From an uncultured Pseudomonadota bacterium (GTDB taxonomy: Bacteria; Pseudomonadota; Alphaproteobacteria; Rs-D84): 64,000 bases of DNA. The notes beneath the pieces were generated by a model. That model was given only the letters and a program-made list of their open reading frames with translations, made no database searches and had not been told where the DNA came from. This document shows positions 47,515-55,466 of the stretch, one piece after another. The position numbers were made by a program, and so were the translations under genes. How positions within the stretch are numbered: the stretch's first letter is position 1; the number at the start of each line of letters is the position of its first letter. The stretch covers positions 69,131 to 133,130 of the forward strand of contig CADBDF010000001.1 of NCBI GenBank assembly GCA_902793435.1, written 5' to 3'.

Positions 47515-49179
47515 ATGCTGTCGGTTAAAGAACAAAAAGATATTGTTGATTTGGTAAAAAAATATAAACGTGCGCGTTTGCGTTTGGCGGATCATTATAA
47601 CTCACGCAGTGCCAATCAAATGAAAACAATGTGTTTAAAGCAGGCAGAAAAATATTTTGATACTATGAATCGTATGATAGCAAACAATCCTGATACACTT
47701 ACAAATACAGATATTCAATGTTTTGCTTTGTTAATTGACGGTTTTGAACAAATGCGTCGCAATCGCTTGTTGGGTGAATTGCAAAAGTATGCGTCTTTTG
47801 ATGTGCAGGCTTATGTTGGTGCATATAATCGTAATGGTTTTTTTAAAAATGCTAAAAATGTGACAGAAATGAGTCCTGAGGATTTAAGAAAAAGACAAAC
47901 AAAATATATATCTGCGCGTGCAAAGGTTAAAAAAAATGCTACCAACACACATAGTGTTGAAATGTTGGATATTATTTGTGATGAAGTAGTGGAATTGTCG
48001 CGGGCTGTTGTTAATAAAACTGTGAAACTTACACCTGAATATGCCAGTGCTGCTTTGGGATTATTGGAAACAGTTGGTATAATTGACGATAAAAAAACAC
48101 AGGCAATTAATATATTAAATGATTGGTTGAAAAATAATAATCATGCAGTTAAAGAAAATGTCGAACCAAAGAAATCTTGGTTTGGCAAATTGAAAGATAA
48201 ATTTAATTCTTGGCATGATGAAAAAAAATCTGGGCACGAAGAAAAAAAATCAAAAGAACCCAAAAATATTATAAAAAATAAAGCAGAGGTGCGTGCTGAA
48301 AAACGCGATGCACGCAGGGCAAATTTTGAACAGGCTGCATCTGTTTTGAAAAAAACGGTATCTGGTGTTGTTGATGAATTTCAAGATGTTGTTCAATCTG
48401 GGGTTGAAACAATTAATGCAAAACGTGCGGAACATAAAGCGGGGCGTGATGAAAAAAAACGCAATCGTGAAATTATTCGTGATGCAGAAAAAACTTCGCG
48501 CGAACATTGGAAAAATTTGAAAAAACAACAAAAATCATCGCAAGAACCAAAACGCACCAAAAAACATTTTTGGACCGGCTGGGTTTCTGTGGTTGCCGCA
48601 GGTGCTTTGTTGGCAGGTTTGTTAAAAATTGGTGTTGATGCAGAAAGAAATTATAAAGATGCAAAAATTGTAAAAAAAGAAGTAAAGGCAAAACCTGTGG
48701 CGCAAAATGTTAAAAAGCAAGTTGCACCAACAGTTGATTCTGCGTATGTGGTTGCTATGAAAAATTATTATAATTCGACTATGGACATTATCGCAGGTCA
48801 AAATAAAAAGGCTGATGTTTTATCAAAAATAAACAACCAAGTTCAATCAGGCAATATTGTTTTAAGTGATTATATTTCTGCGGAACGCGTTGCGTATGCG
48901 TATTTCATGTATCGTGAATATGGTTTTAATATTGATGTGTTGAATTTGGCGGTAAATTCAAACGAAAAACTGACCGATGCACAAAATGCTGAATTGATTC
49001 AGGTTGTTTTAAATGCTGGCGAACGCGGGGCAGGTGTTAAAAAAATGGCTCAGCAACGCGTTGAATCACGTGGTGGCAGTTTGGGCAAACACAGTAAATT
49101 TGAACATGCAACACGCGCACAACAACGCGCATATTTGGTTAATCGCGGTGTGTTGAAAAAAGTTCAACATAACAGATAA
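47515..49179 (+). CDS. hypothetical Lys-rich protein with one central TM segment
   Basis: 554 aa from ATG 47515. A highly basic middle region (KKSGHEEKKSKEPK...KRNREI...), a TM segment HFWTGWVSVVAAGALLAGLL, and a C-terminal domain of unknown type. Confidence 0.5.
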   Translation: MLSVKEQKDIVDLVKKYKRARLRLADHYNSRSANQMKTMCLKQAEKYFDTMNRMIANNPDTLTNTDIQCFALLIDGFEQMRRNRLLGELQKYASFDVQAYVGAYNRNGFFKNAKNVTEMSPEDLRKRQTKYISARAKVKKNATNTHSVEMLDIICDEVVELSRAVVNKTVKLTPEYASAALGLLETVGIIDDKKTQAINILNDWLKNNNHAVKENVEPKKSWFGKLKDKFNSWHDEKKSGHEEKKSKEPKNIIKNKAEVRAEKRDARRANFEQAASVLKKTVSGVVDEFQDVVQSGVETINAKRAEHKAGRDEKKRNREIIRDAEKTSREHWKNLKKQQKSSQEPKRTKKHFWTGWVSVVAAGALLAGLLKIGVDAERNYKDAKIVKKEVKAKPVAQNVKKQVAPTVDSAYVVAMKNYYNSTMDIIAGQNKKADVLSKINNQVQSGNIVLSDYISAERVAYAYFMYREYGFNIDVLNLAVNSNEKLTDAQNAELIQVVLNAGERGAGVKKMAQQRVESRGGSLGKHSKFEHATRAQQRAYLVNRGVLKKVQHNR

Positions 49180-49187
49180 TTTTAAAA

Positions 49188-49547
49188 TTATTTATGTTGA
49201 TTTAATATTAAATTACGGATTGGTTTAATGGATTCTTGATTTATAAGTTCCAAATTGTTTTTTGTTTTTTGCGATATGTTCGCGTTAATTTTGTTTGTAG
49301 ATACAATTGAAATAATTGTATTCAGTTGCAATGCAAAATCATCGTTCATATTGCGGAGTTGAAATGGATATGATTTTAAATATTCTGTGATAATATCATC
49401 ATATATTTTATCAAAATCGTGCGCGACAGAGGGTGGAAGTTTGCATCGAAATTCGTCTAATTTTTTATGCATTATTTTTAGTGGTTTTTTATTTTCGGGG
49501 GCTGATACAGAATCGTGATAACAAACTTTTTTTATTGGGCGACGCAT
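49188..49547 (-). CDS. hypothetical protein
   Basis: The ORF-track start is 49559. The second ATG at 49547 has GGAG 6 nt upstream and matches the RBS spacing of the other leader-controlled gene. No motif recognised. Confidence 0.45.
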   Translation of the reverse strand: MRRPIKKVCYHDSVSAPENKKPLKIMHKKLDEFRCKLPPSVAHDFDKIYDDIITEYLKSYPFQLRNMNDDFALQLNTIISIVSTNKINANISQKTKNNLELINQESIKPIRNLILNQHK

Positions 49548-49574
49548 TGAAATCTCCATTATTTTTATAAAAAC

Positions 49575-49740
49575 AAAAAAACCACCAAAAAATAAAAGGT
49601 GGTTGGAGTCTCATAACAATCAGTAAGATTTGTGTGCTTATTCGATATATTCACACACTCCAACCAATGTTGGAGTTTTTACGCCACTCTGGCGCTTACT
49701 GCTGGGTTATGAGGCCCGATTCCAAGAACACCTTGGAACA
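49575..49740 (-). promoter_or_regulatory. structured 5' leader RNA ending in an intrinsic terminator (copy 2 of the two-copy family)
   Basis: On the minus strand: 5' hairpin UUCCAAG/CUUGGAA; GGGC; P1 CUCAUAAC..CAGUAAG / CUUACUG..GUUAUGAG; P2 CGCCA-GAG-UGGCG; ACUCCAAC-AUUG-GUUGGAGU; P4 GUGUGUG...CACACA. A third ACUCCAACC overlaps the terminator AACCACC-loop-GGUGGUU-U7. Confidence 0.5.
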
Positions 49741-49837
49741 CATTTGTATTTTATGTTATGAATTGTCAAAAATCAAGTTTTTGGTTAAAAAATCTTGCAA
49801 ACTGTATTTTTTGATTATATCATATTTGTATGTTTTA

Positions 49838-49960
49838 TGGGTGCGGCGCCGGTGAAGTGACTGACAACCACAGAGGTTCCAAAGCCCAAGGTAAAGTGAT
49901 AAATTCGGGTGGCACCGCGCGTTAAAATCGCGCCCCGAAATTTAACTGAAAAAAAACCGG
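49838..49960 (+). promoter_or_regulatory. T-box leader (tRNA-sensing riboswitch) upstream of aspS
   Basis: AAAUUCGGGUGGCACCGCGCG at 49901-49921 matches the T-box consensus GGGUGGNACCGCG. It folds as an antiterminator: A1 UUCGGG/CCCGAA, 7-nt bulge UGGCACC, A2 GCGCG-UUAAAAU-CGCGC. UGGC is complementary to a GCCA 3' end (G73, as in tRNA-Asp). The candidate specifier is GAC followed by A at 49863-49866. Confidence 0.6.
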
Positions 49961-50002
49961 GTGCCAAAAAAATCCGTTTAGTTTTTATTGGTACCCAAAA
50001 AT

Positions 50003-50062
50003 CCCACTTCGCAAATGCTTTGTGGGACAAGTGCCCACGTCGCAAATGCTTTGTGGGACAAG
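50003..50062 (+). repeat. tandem 29-nt repeat (31-bp period) in the aspS leader
   Basis: CCCACtTCGCAAATGCTTTGTGGGACAAG at 50003-50031 and CCCACgTCGCAAATGCTTTGTGGGACAAG at 50034-50062. Each unit can form a CCCAC/GTGGG hairpin. Confidence 0.9.
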
Positions 50063-50078
50063 CAAAAAAGGGACCAAA

Positions 50079-51851
50079 ATGTTATCTTTAAAATCTAAAT
50101 ACAGAACACATACTTGTGGCGAATTAAATATTGCCAATGTGGGTGAAACAGTCACTTTGGCTGGGTGGGTGCATCGCAAACGCGATCATGGATCGTTGTT
50201 GTTTGTGGATTTGCGCGATAATTACGGTATTACACAATGTGTGTTTGATGGTGGGGACGAAAGATTAGAAAAAATTCGCCCTGAATCTGTTGTTCAAATT
50301 ACAGGGACCGTTGTTGCACGTGAAATGGAGGCAATAAATGAAAAAATTCCCACAGGACATATTGAAATCAAGGCTGATAAAGTTAATGTTTTAACAAATG
50401 CCGAAGTATTACCTTTCCAGGTTTTTGGTGATGAAGATACAAGTGAAGAATTGCGTTATAAATATCGTTTCTTGGATTTGCGTCGTGAGAAGTTGCATTA
50501 CAACATCTTGATGCGCAATAAAATGATGAAATGGTTAAGGGACAAAATGTGGGATTTGGGTTTTTCCGAATTTCAAACACCATTATTGACCGCGGATTCT
50601 CCCGAAGGTGCGCGCAGTTTCTTGGTGCCGTCCAGATTACATCATGGTAAATTTTACGCGTTGCCCCAGGCACCACAAATGTTTAAACAGTTATTGCAAG
50701 TATCTGGGTTTGACCGTTATTTCCAAATCGCGCCTTGTTTCAGGGACGAAGATTTGCGCGCAGACAGATTGTTGGAATTTTACCAATTAGATATGGAAAT
50801 GTCTTTTGTTGATGTTGGTGATATTCAAGCCGTTGGCGAGGTTATTATGCCGGAAATGGTGAAAACTTTTGCGCCAGATGCAAATGTTTATCCGTCGATT
50901 CCACATATTTCTTATGATGATGCAATGTTGAAATATGGTTGCGATAAACCTGATTTGCGTAATCCTATTTTAATTAGTGATGTGACGGAAATTTTCCGCG
51001 GGTCTGAATTTGGAATCTTTGCAAATGCGATTGAAAATGGCGCGGTTGTGCGTGCTGTGCCGGCACCAAATAGTGCAGACCGTCCGCGTTCTTGGTTTGA
51101 TAAATTGGGCGAATATGCCGTCAAAGAGTTAGGCTTGGGCGGATTGGGTTATATCGTGTTTGCCGATGAGCCAAAAGGACCTGTTGCAAAAAAATTAGAT
51201 GCAGATCGTATTGCAAAATTGAAAGAGATTGCAGGTGATAATTCTTCGTTGTTCTTTGTTTGTGACAATGTAGATGTGGCGGCAAAGGCGGCGGGTAAAT
51301 TGCGTAATAAATTAGGTGCAGATTTGGGATTGGTCAAAGAACGCGATTTCGCATTTTGCTGGGTTGATAATTTCCCGTTCTTTGAACCAGACGAAGAACG
51401 CGGTGGTGCGCCGGCATTTACGCATAATCCGTTTTCGTATCCTATTGTTGATTCAATCGAAGATTTATCAACACGCGACCCATTTTCTATCAAGGCTGCA
51501 CAATTCGATATGGTGTTGAACGGTATTGAAATTTGTAGTGGTGGGTTGCGCAATTATAACCCAGAAATTATGAAAAAGTGTTTCGAAATTGCCGGCTATC
51601 CAATCGAAGCAGTCGAGAAAAACTTTTCTGGATTATATACTTCGTTCCAATATGGTGCGCCACCACATGGTGGTTGTGCGTTTGGTATTGAACGCGTTGT
51701 TTCCGAAATATTGGGTATCGGTGACAGTTTGCGCGAAATCGTTGCGTTCCCTGCAAATCAACGCGGACAAGATTTGTTGATGGGGTCACCGAATGAGGTT
51801 ACCGAACAACAACTGCGTGATGTACATATTCAAATCCGCAAGAAAATGTAA
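50079..51851 (+). CDS. aspS: aspartyl-tRNA synthetase
   Basis: MLSLKSKYRTHTCGEL...GWVHRKRDHGSLLFVDLRD (OB-fold N-terminus), QSPQ-like LPQAPQMFKQLL, FRDEDLRADR, and class II motif 3 GGCAFGIERV. The ATG at 50079 is preferred over the GTG at 50022. Confidence 0.95.
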   Translation: MLSLKSKYRTHTCGELNIANVGETVTLAGWVHRKRDHGSLLFVDLRDNYGITQCVFDGGDERLEKIRPESVVQITGTVVAREMEAINEKIPTGHIEIKADKVNVLTNAEVLPFQVFGDEDTSEELRYKYRFLDLRREKLHYNILMRNKMMKWLRDKMWDLGFSEFQTPLLTADSPEGARSFLVPSRLHHGKFYALPQAPQMFKQLLQVSGFDRYFQIAPCFRDEDLRADRLLEFYQLDMEMSFVDVGDIQAVGEVIMPEMVKTFAPDANVYPSIPHISYDDAMLKYGCDKPDLRNPILISDVTEIFRGSEFGIFANAIENGAVVRAVPAPNSADRPRSWFDKLGEYAVKELGLGGLGYIVFADEPKGPVAKKLDADRIAKLKEIAGDNSSLFFVCDNVDVAAKAAGKLRNKLGADLGLVKERDFAFCWVDNFPFFEPDEERGGAPAFTHNPFSYPIVDSIEDLSTRDPFSIKAAQFDMVLNGIEICSGGLRNYNPEIMKKCFEIAGYPIEAVEKNFSGLYTSFQYGAPPHGGCAFGIERVVSEILGIGDSLREIVAFPANQRGQDLLMGSPNEVTEQQLRDVHIQIRKKM

Positions 51852-51917
51852 AAACATTTAAAACAGGGGGGCAAAATTTATGATGCCCCCTTGGTTTTTA
51901 TAAAGACAGAAAAAATA

Positions 51918-52913
51918 ATGATAAAAAAACCATTGTCGTTTGATTCGATGCTTATGCAAAATAATATTCCTTTTCGTACAATAAGGAATATACGCTTTCG
52001 TGATTGGAAACAGAATTTTGTTGAACAACCAAAAGTTGTTTTAAAAGATGATTTGTCTTTGAATAATTCGTATTTTTTTGGTGGTGTTAGTGGTTGTTAT
52101 AGTGTTAATCAAATTCCGCAAATAAATGTTTATGAAGAAGAACCAGGTTTTAAATCAAAACTTTATGGTATATGTGATTATTTTTCTTTTTTTAAATTTG
52201 GTGGAATATCATTTAAATGTACTCATAAAATTCCAGAGCAATATAATTATATTTATTCTGGGGATGTAGAACCAGAAGATAGGTATTTTTTTGAAACAAA
52301 ATATAATATAAAAATTGATAATGTTTATATATCTTTGGCAGAATTGTTTAGCGTTGCTGATTGGAGTGGAATTTTATCAACAGTAGATGATTTTATGGTT
52401 GCTGGTAATCATAATAATACACTTTTGACAATATTTGATAATGATTTGGATTATTCTGCAAATGGTTCAACAGAAAAATATGATTGTTATTTTAAACCAG
52501 TGTTTTGTTTGGACCGCGGGGTTCCTGTTAAATATATTAAAACAGTTGATGATTCCAGACCGATGGAAAGGGGTGCTGTTCCAAAAGCCAGATTTGAATA
52601 TGATATGCAAAGAAAAAGTGTGTTAAAAAAACTAAACAATGTTTTTGATAAAGATGGTGTTATTAATGGGTATCCAACGGCAATAGATTTTGTTGTAAAA
52701 ACAGGATTGCGTGAATTTGTTTTTTTAAGTTATGATCGTTTTAAAAATAATGGTTGTTTTTGGATTACGAAGGTTAATTATAGTTTGGATGGGTCGGATC
52801 CTAAATATGTAATAAAAAAATGTGACTTTCGAGAATTAGAACAATATATAAAAAATGTACAGCGTGCGCGTGCGTATCATTATAATAAGATGTATGCCCA
52901 TAAAGATAAATAA
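51918..52913 (+). CDS. hypothetical protein
   Basis: About 331 aa from ATG 51918. The ORF-track TTG at 51891 lies inside the aspS terminator hairpin GGGGGCA...TGCCCCC. No motif recognised. Confidence 0.45.
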   Translation: MIKKPLSFDSMLMQNNIPFRTIRNIRFRDWKQNFVEQPKVVLKDDLSLNNSYFFGGVSGCYSVNQIPQINVYEEEPGFKSKLYGICDYFSFFKFGGISFKCTHKIPEQYNYIYSGDVEPEDRYFFETKYNIKIDNVYISLAELFSVADWSGILSTVDDFMVAGNHNNTLLTIFDNDLDYSANGSTEKYDCYFKPVFCLDRGVPVKYIKTVDDSRPMERGAVPKARFEYDMQRKSVLKKLNNVFDKDGVINGYPTAIDFVVKTGLREFVFLSYDRFKNNGCFWITKVNYSLDGSDPKYVIKKCDFRELEQYIKNVQRARAYHYNKMYAHKDK

Positions 52914-52919
52914 AAAAGT

Positions 52920-52948
52920 CCCCGGAGATTCCGGGGTGTTTTTTTTTA
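52920..52948. terminator. bidirectional rho-independent terminator
   Basis: CCCCGG-AGATT-CCGGGG followed by a T-run and preceded by an A-run. Lies between convergent genes. Confidence 0.8.
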
Positions 52949-55426
52949 TTAAAATTTATCGTGTGTTTTTATAAATGCACGCATAAAACCGATATCCAAA
53001 TTATTTATTAATTCTGTGATTGAATATGTGCGTTTTCCGTTTTCGTTTATGTCCAATGATATATTTGCGGGTTTTGGTGCGGTGCCACGTAATACAAAAT
53101 CAAATGTTCCGGTTGTTATTTTGTTGTTTATGAATATTGCACCAACACCTTCGACATGACGCATTGATATTGTCATGGGGCGTGTTGTTTCAAAATTACC
53201 GTTGTTGTATTTGCCAACTAGTTTTAATTTTTTTATTCGTGTCGTGCCGCTTTCCAGTGCATATGATAATGCGTATTCTGCATTTAATACACTCAAAGAA
53301 TCAGCAGATGCATAAAAATTATCAAATCCAAATCCTGATATTGTGCCACCAATTACAGTCATATCTATATCGCCGTTCAGGTTATAAATCAAATCGTTTG
53401 CGGTTTGTCCCGTTGTTTGTAATTTTATTTCTGCGGTAATTTCACCGTTTTCAATGTTTAATGGTGATTCAAATTTTAATATTGGTTCGGTTAATTTGAA
53501 TTTGTTTAATTGAATCGAAATGTCGTAATTAAATTTGTCGCGTTCGATTATTGCCAATAAATGTCCGCGGTCGTTATCGGATATAGAAAATATTTGTGTG
53601 TTTGGTTTTAATGAATATACAAAGTTTTTGTATTCATTATCGTTATAAAAAACAGATTCTGCGGATACTGACAAATTTATTGGGAAATCAAACAATGTTG
53701 CAATTGGATGATTTGTTAAAAATTTTTGTTCATCAAAATTGTTTATGAAAGATGAATTTATAAATTTATTTAAATCTAGTTCATTTGTTTCTAATGTAAT
53801 TCCTGATTTTGATGCCACACCGCGAAACAGGTGGCCTGCCAACATTATGTTTAAATCACCTATGTTGGTGTTATCAAATGTGCCAGATACTGCGTATGGC
53901 ATATCGTTCATAAAACGCAAATCCATGTTTGGTAATATCTGTTTAAAGTTCATGCCAGATAATGTAAAATTGTTGCCAGATATTTCCAACATCCATTGTT
54001 TGTTGTCTGGGATAAATGTTTTTTTGTCGTTATCGTTTGTGTAAATGCCAGGAACGCTGTGCATAAAATCTGGTAAAAATTCCAGGTTCATATCAATATC
54101 ATTTAATGTGACATTTTTTGCATAACGATATTTTGGCAATATTTGTTTTGGTGTGATTACCATGCTGCCAGCCATATTCGAAAATGTAAATTTAATTGTG
54201 CCGTTGTCACCAATACGCGAAATCAATTTGCGTATTGTTTTTAATTGTGGCATTTTATCTGGTGATTTTGCAGTAATATTAAATATTCCGTTGTCGGTTG
54301 TTATATCGCCAATAATATTACCAAATTTATAATTTTTACATTCCCATTTTGTTTTTGTTCCAGAAAAATTACATGTAAAAGATTCTGGTAAATCATTTAT
54401 TTTTAATTTAGTGTTTTGTAATCCGTTTTTATCGTATGTGCCACCGAATAATTCAATGTTGTCTAGTATCGCATGGTTCAATGCAAATTTATTGTTTCGA
54501 CCCATTGCCATAATCATAAATTTTTTATAATTTTTATTTTCAAATTTTATATCGCCATCAAAATCCAGATTCAAATTTGTTTTGTTTAATAAATTTTTAT
54601 CGTTCATTATAAATGATAAATCAATGTCTGCGTTGTTTGATTTTAAATCTATGATGTTTATGCCAGATTCCATTAGCTTTATTGAACCGGTGTATGTGTT
54701 GTTTATGCGTATGTTTGTAAAATCAAATCCGTATGCGCCGTCCCAATTAAAATCCATGGACAGATGGACGGTTGTTGTTATTTTTGGATTTTCGAATTCA
54801 AACCATTGATTGATTTTATCTGTGGTGATTGTCATTTCGCCGGCGGCACCACCGTCTGGGAACAAAGTGCCACGAATATTTAAATTGTTTTCATTGTTTA
54901 ATATTGTAAATTCGCCATCGTTATATTCTATGTCGTATTTATGTTGGCTGGTACGGACGTACGCGTTTAATGTGTTGCCATGCATTGTACCACGAACAAT
55001 TTTATATTCGTGATTCATAAACTCAACAGATGTATTTGTTATAAAAATTTGATTATTTACAGGCTGTGGAAAAAGGTCTGTGATTTTTAATTTTGCACCT
55101 GCGATAGATATATTTTGATTTAGTGTTGCGTTTTGCAAGTTAAACATTTGAGATAGTGGCACAGAAAAAGATATACTGGAAATTGTGCCGTTTGGAACAG
55201 TTATATCGTGTGCGACAATTGTGGCGGTTCCCAGCAGGCTGAAATTAATATTACCGTTTATTTTTGTTTGAATACCGGTTTGTTCGAACAGTTTAGATTC
55301 CAAAGAATCACGCATTTTATTCAGGTTTATAAATGGTGGAATACATATCAGTCCAATAAAAAATAGCCCGATTAAAGTAACAATTGTCCAAAAAAAACGA
55401 CGTTTATGTCTTGGTTTTATATTCAT
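52949..55426 (-). CDS. AsmA-family / TamB-like large envelope protein
   Basis: 825 aa. N-terminal basic stretch plus TM anchor (RRFFWTIVTLIGLFFIGLICIPPF), then a long Asn/Thr/Gly-rich beta-type repeat region, as in AsmA-like proteins. Confidence 0.5.
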   Translation of the reverse strand: MNIKPRHKRRFFWTIVTLIGLFFIGLICIPPFINLNKMRDSLESKLFEQTGIQTKINGNINFSLLGTATIVAHDITVPNGTISSISFSVPLSQMFNLQNATLNQNISIAGAKLKITDLFPQPVNNQIFITNTSVEFMNHEYKIVRGTMHGNTLNAYVRTSQHKYDIEYNDGEFTILNNENNLNIRGTLFPDGGAAGEMTITTDKINQWFEFENPKITTTVHLSMDFNWDGAYGFDFTNIRINNTYTGSIKLMESGINIIDLKSNNADIDLSFIMNDKNLLNKTNLNLDFDGDIKFENKNYKKFMIMAMGRNNKFALNHAILDNIELFGGTYDKNGLQNTKLKINDLPESFTCNFSGTKTKWECKNYKFGNIIGDITTDNGIFNITAKSPDKMPQLKTIRKLISRIGDNGTIKFTFSNMAGSMVITPKQILPKYRYAKNVTLNDIDMNLEFLPDFMHSVPGIYTNDNDKKTFIPDNKQWMLEISGNNFTLSGMNFKQILPNMDLRFMNDMPYAVSGTFDNTNIGDLNIMLAGHLFRGVASKSGITLETNELDLNKFINSSFINNFDEQKFLTNHPIATLFDFPINLSVSAESVFYNDNEYKNFVYSLKPNTQIFSISDNDRGHLLAIIERDKFNYDISIQLNKFKLTEPILKFESPLNIENGEITAEIKLQTTGQTANDLIYNLNGDIDMTVIGGTISGFGFDNFYASADSLSVLNAEYALSYALESGTTRIKKLKLVGKYNNGNFETTRPMTISMRHVEGVGAIFINNKITTGTFDFVLRGTAPKPANISLDINENGKRTYSITELINNLDIGFMRAFIKTHDKF

Positions 55427-55466
55427 CTCTCTTTTCCTTGTATTTTGATTATAGTGTATTATATTA

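Noticed and set aside
48215-48255. A8 homopolymer tracts in the Lys-rich ORF as possible phase-variation switches
   Set aside because: Poly-A runs encoding Lys are common in AT-rich genomes. Without population data there is nothing to distinguish these from composition-driven runs.
49841-49960. GC-rich intergenic segment considered as SRP RNA, 6S RNA, tmRNA piece, or a cobalamin/TPP riboswitch
   Set aside because: I found none of the diagnostic motifs: no GGAAG...AGCAG SRP domain IV, no B12 box, no CUGAGA THI box, and no tRNA-like 3' end. The T-box consensus and antiterminator fold explain the segment better.
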